Positions 27,324 to 40,649 of a DNA stretch of 64,000 bases are shown piece after piece. Position 1 is the first letter of the stretch. The number at the start of each line of letters is the position of its first letter. The notes under the pieces were generated by a model. It was given only the letters and a program-made list of their open reading frames with translations, was not told where the DNA came from and made no database searches. Source of the stretch: Octopus sinensis (lineage: Eukaryota). The position numbers and the translations under genes were made by a program. The DNA lies in contig NC_043008.1 in NCBI RefSeq assembly GCF_006345805.1, forward strand, positions 37,448,001-37,512,000. The letters run 5' to 3'.

Positions 27324-27536
27324 TCTTTTACTCTTTTACTTGTTTCAATCATTTGACTGTGGCCATGCTGGAGCACCGCCTTTAGTCGAGCAAAGTGACC
27401 TCAGGACTTATTCTTCATAAGCCTAGTACTTATTCTATCAGTCTCTTTTACCAAACTGCTAAGTTACGGGAGCATAAACACACCAGCATTGGTTGTCAAG
27501 TGATGTTGGGACAGGGGGACAAACATAGACACACAA

Positions 27537-27577
<41 letters not shown>

Positions 27578-27592
27578 TATATATATATATAT

Positions 27593-27631
<39 letters not shown>

Positions 27632-27829
27632 TATATAATATATATATATATGTATATATATATATACGATGGGCTTCTTTCAGTTTCTGTCTACCAAATC
27701 CACTCACAAGGCTTTGGTTGGCTTGGGGCTATAGTAGAAAACATTTGCCCAAAGTGCCACGCAGTGGGACTGGACCCAGAACCATGTGGTTGGTAAGCAA
27801 GCTACTTACCGCACAGCCACTCCTGCGCC
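27324..27829 (-). mobile_element. Family-A SINE, full length
   Basis: Homology to 3205-3608. Confidence 0.9.
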
Positions 27830-27987
27830 TAAAAGTTTATAATCTGTAAAATTTAAACCATTATTGTAAGAGTTGATTCATTTCATGCAATCATATTATC
27901 TATCTGCTAAATGCATAAACTATCATTTGCTCTCTTTTATTTATTTATTTATTTATTCATTATTTCATTACTAAATTTCCAAATTCT

Positions 27988-28230
27988 TATGTCTTTGTTT
28001 AACAGTTTTGATCCTAACCCATCTGAGAGAATCCCTGTTTCACTGATGCAAACTTACTGTTTAAAATTATCCAAATTAAAACTTGCCATTCAAATTTTAT
28101 GTTAATTTATGTTGATTTATGATTCAAATATCATTATAATAATGGTAAAATTATTTTATTAGAGTCTTCATAATTTTTGAAATTAATTGAAACAAAGGCA
28201 GAGTATTTTAACAGGAACATGGTAACAAAA
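27988..28230 (-). mobile_element. Longer TTAA-MITE subfamily copy (inverted relative at ~29560-29768, degenerate copy at ~26320-26530)
   Basis: Reverse complement matches 29575-29765; ends in a ggtaacaaaa TIR-like motif. Confidence 0.6.
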
Positions 28231-29330
28231 AAGACATCTTATGTAACATGTAATGTTGGATTGAATGCAATAAAACAAGAAATAAGCTTTTTATGAGCCC
28301 AAACTGCCAATCAGCCTGAATCCCCATTTGAAACTGCCTCCCTCACCTCTCTATGTTCATAGTTATATCTGGAAAGGTATGGGTGCTTTTTCCTTATATA
28401 TATATAAATATAAATCAATCTTCTAAAATATAGGGATTTTTGTCATTAGTTTAGAAATTAATAGCACATTATGCTTTAATATTTATTAGCACATAATATG
28501 GATCTTAAAGTGAGAAGAATTCTTAAATAAACATTCACACGCACTTGAAGTTGTATTAAATTTATATTTATTTTAAATACATAAAGGTATTTCATTAAAA
28601 AAATATTTGCTTTCTCTTTCACAGATAAATCTTTATTTAAATATTTGAATTTCCTATAAAGTTATTTCAATTCTCAGTGGATATTAAAACCAAAATATGT
28701 ATAAAGCAGCCTAAACTGATTTCCTTCTTGCAGAATATGATCTTCTAATTTGAATATTTATTTAATATATTATTATATCTCATGCAACGTCATGCAATAT
28801 TTATATGCTGACGTTCAGTGAAATCAACTCTTGGATATGTCTTTCATCTCTCTACTGTCAATAAATTAAGTTAATTCAAGTGGGATTTGAATGCAGAACA
28901 TTATCAGAAGCTTAAACCAAGCCTAAACCACTGAGGAGGAACTGAACTTAGGGAGGTACATATTTCAACATTAACAGATCTCTAAAATTTAGACATGAAT
29001 ACCCATATTTTCACATCAATTTTTTTTGTAATTTTTTTTGGTTTTGGCTTTAGAAGAAGCTAATGAAGCAATATACTCCAAAAATGTCAACCTGGATTTT
29101 TGATATTTTAAAATATTCCCTTTCTCCTACATCAAACCTAGACTTAAAAGTTTTCTATCCATGTAATTTCAATTTGGCATGTATAGCTTTCAGGAATGTA
29201 GGACTACATCTGATGTCACTTTCCCTATATAACATGGTATGGTGTAATTTAGGGTTTGGAAATTTGGCTGCAAGTTCTAGCATGTTGAAGAGAGTACACA
29301 TACATACTCCCTCTTACTGATTTTAGTTAA

Positions 29331-29549
29331 CCCTTTCATTACTGTATTCATTTTGTGATGCTCTGTATTTCTTTCAATTACTTGAAGTATAGCAAAGAAT
29401 TTAGTAAAATAACTGTTACCATTAAGCTAGTGCTAGGAACATTAATTGTGACTAAGGTTTGGTGGAAGAATTTAATTCAAAACTTAGGAAAACAAGACAT
29501 TCGTACTACAGAGCCAAAGCCGGTTTCAGCTGGGTTGGTAATGAAACGT
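29331..29549 (+). mobile_element. piggyBac-type (TTAA) MITE
   Basis: TTAA (29327-30) CCCTTTCATTAC ... GTAATGAAACGT TTAA (29550-53); interior matches 53443-53662. Confidence 0.8.
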
Positions 29550-30496
29550 TTAATTTCAATTAATTTGCCTTTGTTTCAATTAATTTCAAAAATTATGAAG
29601 ATTTTAATAAAATAACTTTACCATTATTATAATGATATTTGAATCATAAATTAACATAAATTAACATAAAATTTTAATGGCAAGTTTTGATTTGGATCAT
29701 TTTAAACAGTAAGTTTGTATCAGAGAAGCATGGATTCTTTCAGGTGGGTTAGTATCAAAACTGTTGCATGAGAGGTTGGTAAGATAAAAAGTAAAAATAG
29801 CTACTGTATTTACTCAAGTACAATGTCAGCTCAGGTACATTTTCATCCTATCTGTCAGCTGTATTAAGAACTAGAAGTATATTTTATCCTCTTGTATGAC
29901 TTTTCAGTATGGCTGTGTGGTTAAGAAATTTGCTTCTCAATCATGTGGTTTTATGTTCAGTCCCACTGCATTGCACCAAAGGCAAGTGTTTCTTAAAATA
30001 AGCCTGGGGCCAACCAGAGACTTGCGAGTGGATTTGATAGGCAAAAACTGAAGTAAGCTACATCTCTCTCTCTCTCTCTCACCCCTTCATCTCACCATAT
30101 AAAAAAGAATTTTAATTTTAAATACCTACTATTTTATAACTTGGCTACACGTATTTCATGAGGTACATTTCCCGGTTCCTGAACCACTCTGGGTTTTGCT
30201 GGAACCCTTCTTAAAATGTAACCCCAATCATCAGGCTCTTATATCATGTGTGTTTACCTCCTTGTCAAGGTGTTGCATGATAGTTGTAAACGAGTGTCAC
30301 CCTCATATAAACAACTTCATGCATTTCCATCTTCCATAAAAACATGGTTAGCCATGAAGAAATTTTACATTGCTTGGGAACAAGCAAGGGTTGGCAACAG
30401 GAAGAGCATCTGACTGAAAAGTTTGCCTCAACAAATTTCATCTGGCCCATGTAAGCATGGAAAATTGGACAGGAAAACAATGATGATGTTTATATA

Positions 30497-30740
30497 CTCT
30501 TTACTCTTTTACTCTTTTACTTGTTTCAATTATCTGATTGCGGCCATGCTGGAGCAACACTTTTAGTCGAGCAAATCGACCCCAGGACTTATTCTTAGCC
30601 TAGTACTTATTCTATCGGTCTCTTTTGCTGAACTGCTAAGTTACAGGGACGCAAACACACCAGCATCGGTTGTCAAGCAATGTTGGTGGGGGAAGGGGTA
30701 CAAACACAGACTCACAAGCATATACACACACATAAATATA

Positions 30741-30778
<38 letters not shown>

Positions 30779-30936
30779 CAGGCTTCTTTCAGTTTTCATC
30801 TACCAAATCCACTCACAAGGCCTTGGTCAGCACAAGGCTATAGTAGAAGACACTTGCCCAAGGTGCCATGAAGTGGGACTGAACCTGGAACCATGTGGTT
30901 GGTAAGCAAGCTACTTACCACACAGCCACTCCTGTG
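30497..30936 (-). mobile_element. Family-A SINE, full length
   Basis: Homology to 3205-3608. Confidence 0.9.
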
Positions 30937-32764
30937 CTTCTTTTTTTTTTTACTACTTGCGTACATGAATAATATAACTTAGACATTTTAAGTCTTATCT
31001 CTTAAATTAAATCACTTTTAAACAATACAGTGTAAATATGCAAAGTACCAGTGTGCTATCAGAATTCACAATTTCCATTTGCTACACAAACATGATGTTT
31101 CATAGCCATAGGCATTGTGGGTATATAGATTAGTAATTAAATGCCTTCAGGCTCCACCTTCACTATTTACATTTTTACTGGTTTGTTATCATGTTTATTT
31201 ACTATTTATTTATTTTTTTTACATTCCATTCAAAAATAAAGCTATCTACCTATTTTAATACAGATGTATGATATTAATTTTCTCATATTATACCTGAGTG
31301 AATGCAATCTATTTTTTTTATTGCAAATGTATGAACTTTTTAGGTGTTTAAATTCCTTATCTGACCCTGGGTTTAATTTGTCCACTTTGTTAGAAATATT
31401 CAGATCAGGTCTTTGTTTTGAGGATATCCAATATCTTTTATCTTTTACTTGTATCAGTCATTAGCCTGTGGCCATGCAGGAGCACCACTTTGAAAAGTCT
31501 TTAGTTGAACAAATCGATCCCAGTATTTTTTCCTTAAGCCTGATACATATTTTATTGGTCTCTTTTGCCAAACCACTATGTCACAAGGATGTAAACAAAC
31601 CAACACTGGTTGTCAAGTAGTGGTGAGGGATAAACACAGACACACATACACACACATGCATACATATGACATGATACTCTCAGTTTCTGTCCACCAAAGC
31701 CACTCACTTGGTTGGCCCAAGGCTATATTAGAAGACATTCAACCAAGGTGCTTTGCAGTAGGACTGAACCCAGAACCCTGAGGTTTGGAAGCAACCTTCT
31801 AGCCACACAGCCATGTCTGACTTTGCCAATTCTTTGCCTGTTCTTGATTTGCTACTACACTAGTAACCCATTATTCATGGTTTCTTTCTATTTTCCCTTT
31901 GAGAATTTTCCATGGCCCTGCAAGTTCAAAGATCTTGTGCACTGGGCTTTTTCCTCTGACCAGCCCTCTCTTTCCGTCAAAGAACATCATTTGAATGATG
32001 TCTCCATTCTGAACATTATCTTCAAATCAAAACTATTTTCCTTACTCTCCACTTCCCACCAGTACCATCTCCTCACCACCACCACCACCACCCTCTAAAA
32101 AATCATGGTTGTTAGTATTCCTCATTTAATTAAGTCAACGAAAATATGAAAGATTCATATCCTGACCTCAGACTAGAAATAAGAACTAAACCATGAGACA
32201 TGATTCTATCCTTTGAGCCACTCCACCCAAGTTTCAGAGAATCTGAAAAAAGTCACGTGTACATTGACTTTGCTCTTCTCTGCTCTTCTGTCTAAACCAA
32301 AGAAAAATAGCTGACAAAAGAAAAACCATCCTAAATTGGTATTTATTTGTTTATTAATCTGGCAGCAACTTTCACCTGGAGCGATTCATTTATATTGGTT
32401 CTTTTTCTTTTTAAATGACGTCTTTTAATTTTCCCATCCTTTCTCATTGACTAAACTATAATAATTTTAAATAGTTTAAATCTTAATCATAGAATAAATG
32501 ATTATAGCCGCATAACAATTATAAAAGACACGGCAGAACACATTTGTTGCGCTCGTGAATGTGGTGGTTAACAAGTTTGTTTTGCAAGCCAGTGAGTATG
32601 AGTTCCATCCCCACTCGCAGCACCTTGCACAGAGTGTCTTTTACCAGAGACTTGGTGTAACCTACACATTTGCGACTGAAATTTGGCACACCAAAACTGC
32701 ATGGGAATGCTGACATGCACAAACACACACACTATATATATATATATATATACATACATACATA

Positions 32765-32970
32765 TGACCGCGTGTGTATCGTTGGTGATTTTTTTTTCCT
32801 CCGTCTTCCCTTCCTCGGATCTTTCCTCTGTCTATGTTTCTAGTGAAGAGCTCCGCTTGAAACGTTAAATCCTCATTCTTTCTTTCCTTTCCTGAGTGTC
32901 TAATAACACTATGCTTGTTCCACGTCCTTGCGTTGTATTTTCTCTTTGTGTTTTCATGTTTGGATTAACT
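32765..32970 (+). mobile_element. PLE-type terminal unit with degenerate minimal hammerhead, in (TA)n
   Basis: Homologous to 48290-48510; gttt-ctagtga-a-gagctccgctt-gaaacgtt-aaat at 32836-32870. Confidence 0.65.
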
Positions 32971-33531
32971 ATATATATAGGTGTGTGTGTGTGTGTGTGT
33001 GTATATGTATATATATATATATATATAATATAAATCAATGTTTGTGCATGTGTGTGTGTGTCTGTGTGCATGGGTGAAGGTATGTGTATGTATATATATT
33101 ATATATATGTATATGTGTGTGTGTGTGTGTGTATATATATATTTATATCTTATATATCATACATGGATACATACATATACATACATGCATGCATACATAC
33201 ATACATACATACATACATACATGCATGCATATATTTCAGTCAAGAAGTAGGGTTGATTCTTTCCTTTCTCTCTGGAGAAAATCAGCTGTGGCCAGAACTG
33301 AAGATGATTGCCTCCATTAGATTTAAATACTTAGGACTCATGTTCTACCACAGAAGTACCTGACGTAACTCCATTAGAAATTGAATTCTTATAGTTATAC
33401 TTGTGTCTATGTATATATATATATATATATGCATGTGTAGTTGTATGTGCATTAACTGCGTCTATGTTAGCAATCCCTTGTGGCATTTAATCCTTAGGGG
33501 GCGATAACAAATAAAACAAAGGTCATAATTC

Positions 33532-33748
33532 TTTTCTATTCTAGGCACAAGGGCCGAAATTTTAGGGGAGGGGGCCAGTCAATTAGATTGATCTCAGTAC
33601 ACTACTGGTACTTAATTTATCGACCGTGAATGGATGAAAGACAAAGTCGACCTCGGCGGAATTTGAACTCAGAACATAAAGACAAATGAAATACTGCTAA
33701 GCATTTCACCTGGTGTGCTACCATTTCTGCCAGCTCTCCGCCTTACAG
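33532..33748 (-). mobile_element. Family-D SINE with 12-bp TSD
   Basis: aggtcataattc at 33520-31 and 33749-60. Confidence 0.9.
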
Positions 33749-34360
33749 AGGTCATAATTCAAGTTATACTTAGCCATTCAGTGCATAAATACTGAGGAAA
33801 TGAGTTCTACTTGATGAAGCACTTGGGTCAATATAATTGAGTACAGCAGGTGCCCCAGTATGGCTGTAGCTCAATAACTTAAGTTGGTAAAAAGAGAAAA
33901 AAAAACAGAACACAGCTAAATTCTAAATCAGAGAAAAATAAAAGTTTTATTGCTCTGGAGTTAGAGGTGAAGTATTAATCAACTTAATATTTTTAAAATG
34001 AATAATCAGTTTTTATTTGTCTTTAAATATCCAAATTGAAAAATACATACACAACCACATACACACTGAGGCACTAATTAATCTTATCAGTTAAACAAAT
34101 CTTTCAAAATATAAAAATAATACATAAATCTATTAAAAATTAGTGTTATCTTCATGCAAATCGGGTAAAAAAAAAATCAAAAAATAAACAAGAATTTCAA
34201 GTGATAATAATATTTCTTGTTTTTCACATTTCCGTTTCACATAAAACATTTTATTATTCTCTGCGCCACCCTTCCTTCCAATTTTCTCTCCACTCTCCAC
34301 TCTCCTCTCTCTCTCTCTCTTTCTCTATCTATCTATATATACACACACATATATACATAC

Positions 34361-34399
<39 letters not shown>

Positions 34400-34501
34400 T
34401 ATATCTATATATATCTTCATACACATCACCATTGTAATGTCCATTTTTCCATACTTATATGGGTTAGATGGTGTTTATTGGGGCAGATTTTCTATGACTG
34501 G

Positions 34502-34541
<40 letters not shown>

Positions 34542-34789
34542 GTGTTGTTGGTGTCATAAGAGTTTATGAACTTTCAAGAGAACATGCAATAATTCTTTAA
34601 TGAAACTGAATTCAACGCACATATAGCTATAAATATTAGTATTGAAATATTATATAGAAGAACGTTTTTGGAAAAAATAGCTACATTGAACTTTTTCTGT
34701 CCAAATGAGTTTTTCAGCTCAGTATGCATTTGTCTCCAACAATTTGGTGTGATACTATTGCAAAATCACCTCCCTCCAACAAGTCATCC

Positions 34790-35092
34790 TAACGAGATGT
34801 CTGTGTTGGCTGGTTCATGCCCTCCTTGTCAACCAGCATTCATCTACAAAGCAATTGCCCCAGCTCCCCTTCAGGGTTGGCGAAAGGGATGTGGTGGACA
34901 ACGAAAAACCTGGCTGATGACAGTCAAGGCTGATCTGGAACTCAACCTAGGCCCCCATGGAATAAGGAGTGATTGGGGATCACGCGGTCATTAGCCTCAA
35001 ATCACCAGGCCTGGTCGGCGTTTGTGAGAGATGCAGCATTGAGGATGAATAAAGCCAGCTCAACCCACCCCAGGTGAATGCATTTGGGTGCA
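34790..35092 (+). mobile_element. RTE-clade LINE 3' fragment
   Basis: WRKGCGGQRKTWLMTVKADLE...AWSAFVRDA...ASSTHPR* resembles the RTE C-terminus. Confidence 0.75.
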
Positions 35093-35629
35093 TTCATTGT
35101 TCAATCATATCAATTGGTCAGTTGATTGATTGATAAAATTGAACAATGAATGCCACTCAAACACATAAGATTGAATGCACCCACCCAAATGTATATCTGA
35201 AACAGCTGTAAGCCTATAATGAATAAATAAATACATAAAATTTATTATTTCTGTCTGTTTTATGTATGTACATATGTAGAGATATATAAACACATACATG
35301 TATACTTGTATTTATGTATGTGTCTATCTCTGTCACTGGCTTGTGAGCAAAACTGGGTCTATGGAAACTGCATAGGTACCTGTCAAATAGATTTTACATG
35401 TCAGTTAAATGTCTAGCCTTGTCACTCTGCATCATGTTGATTTCACCAAGGAATTACCATAAGGGAATTCATGTTTGTAGAATTTCAGCCATTTGCTTAT
35501 TAATTCTATGAGCAGGTAGTTCAGTTGATTGAATAACCAACTACTTATCATTGAAACTGACAGGGATTGCTTGTTCAATTATGGTATTTATAGATTCACC
35601 ATATATATTTTTCCAGTTCTAATTCCTTA

Positions 35630-36215
35630 TACAATCTTATAATAAATTTCAGTACTACTTACATCCATCATCACATCATCTTCTAGAATTTTGCTGCAAG
35701 TTTTACAAAGACATGTTCTCATCTTGCTGCTATGATTTAATTTTCTTATGATGCTTCGTTGTGGTGACAGTTTGATGCTTGACTTAATGATATCTGTGCA
35801 AGAGCCTCTTGGAATTGTATTTCTTGTGTGACTGAAGTTCCTGCTAAAGAGAAGAACTTTGCCACCATACAATTGTCATTCTCCATTATTTTCTTCAGGA
35901 GAGAATATTAAATATTTTGAGAGCAATGCGAGATGACATGGGTACTTCATTGACTATGTGGGAAGAAATCTGGCAGATACAATTAAAGACAACAGAAGGA
36001 ATTTTCATACAGGATGTTGATGTATCCACATAGAGATAAGAATTCTATATCTGTTGTGTGGCATCCACTCCCTTAGAAAATCTACTACGTTTCCTGGAGA
36101 TACAAAGAATTGGTTTTCCTTTTGTGTTCCATAGTAAATCAGACTATTGCACAAATGTGTTTTACCTGATCTGCCTGGACCATCGATGAAGAAGAAGAAT
36201 CTGTGATCAGTCATA
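35630..36215 (-). pseudogene. Helitron PIF1-like helicase fragment
   Basis: FFIDGPGRSGKTHLCNSLI (Walker A), NEVPMS (DEAPM-like), GGKVLLFSRNFSHTRNTIPRGS...IIKSSIKLSP (GGKV...GDFRQ..PVVPRG-like); frameshifted. Confidence 0.85.
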
Positions 36216-36242
36216 TCATTGATATCCAGTCATAATACATTC

Positions 36243-36431
36243 TCTTTACCTGTTTTAGTCATTTACTGTGGCCATGCTGGAGCACCACCTTTAGTCGAGC
36301 AAATCAACCTCAGGACTTATTCTTTGTAAGCCTAGTACTTATTCTATCAGTCTCTTTTGCCAAACTGCTAAGTTACAGAGATATAAACACACAAGCATCA
36401 GTTGCCAAGCGATGTTGGTGGGACAAACACA

Positions 36432-36496
<65 letters not shown>

Positions 36497-36652
36497 GCGA
36501 TGGGCTTCTTTCAGTTTCCGTCTACCAAATCCACTCACAAGGCTTTTGTCAGCCCGAGGCTATAGTAGAAGACACTTGCCCAAGGTGCCATGCAGTGGGA
36601 CTGAACCCGGGACCATGTGGTTGGTAAGCAAGCTACTTACCACACAGGCACT
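36243..36652 (-). mobile_element. Family-A SINE, full length
   Basis: Homology to 3205-3608. Confidence 0.9.
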
Positions 36653-37452
36653 CCAGCACCTTGAAATATTTCTTGTATAAAATTCGAAGATCCTGACTCT
36701 TGTTGCTACTTCTTTTGGTTTTGGTAGGTATTGTTTCTGAGGGGAATTAAATTAATTTTCAGATTGGGTAATCATAAAACTGAGTGCTTTAAAGTGTTTT
36801 TAATATCTTCCAAGCAATTTTCTTCTTGCTGTTTCTAAAAAAATCACTTTCATTAATATAACCTTATTTTCTTTAAATTGCTGATAGAGTTACACTGGTG
36901 TTTTCTTTTAATATTATTTGTAGAACATATCAAGTTAAAAAATGTCTGATATGAGAAGAAAGTTCAAAGGAAGAAACCCCAGCCACACATTTAACCCATT
37001 CATTGTTATTACTTATTAAATTTCATTGTTCCGTAACTTCTTTTCTTAATGTTGCACCAAGAATTCTACATACAATTCACAGACACTCAAAGCTAATTGC
37101 TCTGTTCACAGCCAACAATAATATTCTGAGAAGAAAGCATTTATATTCTTTAGAACTGACAGTGTATAGTCGTGGAAAAGTTATAGTAGAGATGTGGATT
37201 CTTGGTTTCCAGAATCTAATCTTCTCAAAAATCTGATGATATGGAATGGACAAATAGAGTAGGCTTCAGGCCTGCACATCTTGTTGATTCAAGAGAAACG
37301 ATGTTGTTCTTTTTTTAGCAACTTCTACTGCTCATCTCTCATTTCTTTCAATGAAGTACAAGCTCTGTTCTCTTTCCAAATGAACAGCCATCTATATACA
37401 GTATAACTGCATGCGAATTGTGTCTGGCTGTCTTTCTGGCTGTTTTGCAGAT

Positions 37453-37915
37453 GTGTATGTATGTATGTATGTATGTATGCATCCATGCATGTATGTATGT
37501 ATGTATGTATGTATGTATGTATGTATGTATGTATGTATGTATGCATGTATGTATGCATGCATGCATGTAAGCATGTATGTATTCATGCATGCTTGTATGT
37601 ATGTATGTATGTATGTATGTATGCATGCATGCATGTATGTATGTATGTATGTATGTATGTATGAATGTATGTATGTATGGATGTATGTATGTATGCATGC
37701 ATGTAAACATGTATGTATGCATGCATGCTTGTATGTTTGTATGTATGTATGTATGTATGTATGTTTGTATATATGTATGTATGCATGCTTCTATGTATGT
37801 CTGTATGTATGTACGTATGTATGTATTCATGCATGCATGTATGTATGAATGTATGCATGCTTGTATGTATGTATATATGTATGTATGTTTATATGTATAT
37901 GACTATGTATCTCTG
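37453..37915. repeat. Long (TATG)n array with CATG variants
   Basis: Direct reading. Confidence 0.95.
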
Positions 37916-39131
37916 TATGTATATCTTTTGTAGAAATGCAAACACTAACAAGATATATATATATATGTATATATGTATATGAGTATATATGTATATATAT
38001 ATATATATATGTGTGTGTATATATATGAATATATATATATATGTATATCTATGCATGAATGCATGTATGTATGTGTGTATGCATGAATGTATTTAGTTCA
38101 TTCTTTGTAGAAGCAATGAAATTACAACAATAACTGAGAATTACGTGGCTGTACCTGTTATCCTTATTGATTATTTATTTTATTACATGCATAATAATCA
38201 TAAGGAAAGAATTTCTCTTGTTTACATTTTGCAGCACAAGATAGACACATGCTCACACAAATGCACATTCACATAATTTTAATGAACAATATTCAAATTT
38301 AATTAGTCTCAACATCAATTATATAATGAAACATAATGTATTTACTTCTCAACTAAATACCTAAAATGATGTTTACCAATATTTGGATAACATTTTACTC
38401 TGTAGATAAAAAGCATGATGGTGAAATTTCTCATGCATTTTGTGCAAAGGTGTTTCAGGAGAGTAGGATAAGAGGTGATTCTATTGGTTGAATTATATGA
38501 ACTGGTCAGCATCAAAACCCAATGGGATTACAGCAGAGTTTCGTCTTGCACATGCACTACACATCTCTTCTGTGACAGAACTGCATAGTTGATTCCCAGG
38601 AACATTGTAACATCTGACTGTGTATTTTATATCCTCCTCTTCACCTTACTGTAACTTGTCTTCCCTTTCCTCTTTGTCTCTATTCCACTCGCCTCTTCCC
38701 TTCTCTTTTCCTCCTTCCTCCGTTTATTCATTGTTCTGCTTTGTTATAATCAGAATTGGCTCTGACAAAAATAGCATTAATTTTCTAGGTCATTCAATTC
38801 TCCTCAACTGATCAATAGACCAGTTGAGTAAACCTACCAATAATGTACAAATAATGACTACTGGAAACAGCTGTAAGGCAAATTTACTATAATAAAGGAA
38901 AAATATGTAATGGCCATTATTTATACGTTGTTCTCTATATTACTCGGTGTAAAAACTAGTTTGACTGGAGCCCAGCCACAGATTTATGATATAGAATCGT
39001 GATGGACCATAAACTTGGACACTGCCATGAAAATACTTCTTCACGAATCTAAACAGTATTGCTAACCTGGTGTGCCAACAGAGAGCTCATGAAGTATTTT
39101 GCCCAGACTGATAATCCCTCACTAATATCCC

Positions 39132-39162
<31 letters not shown>

Positions 39163-39980
39163 GTGTATGTATGTATACATATATATATGTCATTAATATA
39201 TAAATTTTAACAAGCTAACTGGTTAATCATGACAACAGTGCCTTTTCTGGCACTGTCAATATATATGTCACTGGTGGGGAGATTAATTGCTGCTGTTTCA
39301 ATCAGTCAAGTGTCCATCACTGACAAGATCAAAGAAGGTCAAAATCATTATGATTTGGTAGACTCAGTACTGGAGGTAGTGGGGTTTTATCTCCCTGTTA
39401 GCAATATAAACAAGAGTGCATTTTGTATGAAGAGGCCAATATGAGAGTTTCTCTCATGCTAACTACTATACTATAGTTTCTTCTAATAGAATATCAGCAT
39501 TTAAGTGGGGGAAAATATATAACAAATTATCGGTGATATTTGGTGCATATATATGAACATATGTGTACTTAGGTATATATATCAAATTAGAGATAAAACC
39601 ATTAGGCAACTCAAACTGATAGGCATAAACCAAAACATAAAAAACAAAAAAATAAATATAATTAATATAATATACAAAATATATATAAAATATAAAATTT
39701 AAAATTTAGATTATTGAAATTTGAAATTTTTAAATTTATATTTATAAATTTTTATATTTTTATATTTTAAATTTTAAATTTATAAATTTTTAAACTTTTA
39801 AACTTTTTTTTTAAACTAACCAAAAAGTATCAAAAAGTTTAATATAATATAATAAGTAAAAACACTTATATGTATATACTACTTAAGAATCCATAAGTCA
39901 GAAAAAAATGCATTTATATGTTTGTCAGTAGGATGGGTATGTAAATCAAAGTGTACAGTATTATACATCCATTATGCTTG

Positions 39981-40062
39981 ATCTTACCGGTTGGTTTCGC
40001 ACTAGGGTTGACTGGAGTATTAGGTAACAGTCTAATTATGTAACCCTGTGCTCTTCAGAGAT
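39981..40062 (-). ncRNA. Type I hammerhead ribozyme, canonical core, extended domain II
   Basis: AUCU-CUGAAGA-GCACAGGGUU...AACCCUAGUGC-GAAA-CC(AACC)GG-UA-AGAU: stems I, II and III, all conserved core nucleotides, GUA cleavage triplet. Confidence 0.85.
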
Positions 40063-40141
40063 GGCAGTTATGAAATGAAATATATATGTATTGATATATA
40101 TATATATATATACATGTGTGTAATTTCGTTCCATAAGAGCC

Positions 40142-40224
40142 ATCTCTGAAGAGCACAGGTTTACATAATTGGACTGTTACCTAACACTCTATTGCATGCC
40201 TAGTGCAAAACTGATTAGTAACAT
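40142..40224 (+). ncRNA. Degenerate copy of the same hammerhead (G12A)
   Basis: AUCU-CUGAAGA-GCAC...GUGC-AAAA-CU(GAUU)AG-UA-ACAU. Confidence 0.65.
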
Positions 40225-40649
40225 TGACCATATTGGATATATAATAGTGTCAACTTTGATAAATGCATATGTATGTATATATCATCATCATCATCATCAT
40301 TGTTTAACGTCTATCTTCCATGCATGCATGGGTAAGACAGTTGACAGGAGCCATCCAGGTAGAAAATCTACCCAAGGCCATTGTGTATGATTTTACAGCT
40401 GGATACCCTTCCAGATGCACACACGCATACAGTTAAGGAAGCATACACATACATAGGTGCAGGAGTGGGTGTGTGGTAAGTATCTTGCTTATCAACCACA
40501 TGGTTCTGGGTTCAGTGACCCTGTGTGGCACCTTGGGCAAGTGTCTTCTACTATAGCCTCAAGCTAACCAAAGCCTTGTGAGTGGATTTGGTAGACAGAA
40601 ACTGAAAGAAGCCCATCTTGTGTTTATATATATGTAAGTATATCGGTGG

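Larger units (their letters stand above)
39945..40260. repeat. Head-to-head inverted repeat (arms 39945-40081 and 40123-40260) around a TA spacer
   Basis: Arms align across their length, e.g. taggtaacagtctaattatgtaaccctgtgctcttcagagatggc vs taggtaacagtccaattatgtaaacctgtgctcttcagagatggc. Confidence 0.9.

Noticed and set aside
29050-29320. ORF after a strong acceptor (KKLMKQYTPKMSTWIF...)
   Set aside because: No recognisable domain; length is within chance for this composition.
31339-31410. Possible exon encoding CLNSLSDPGFNLSTLLEIFRS
   Set aside because: Weak donor, no recognisable homolog, and no linking exons.
39600-39860. Extremely AT-rich, loosely self-complementary stretch
   Set aside because: Apparent symmetry is expected from low complexity; no defined arms.
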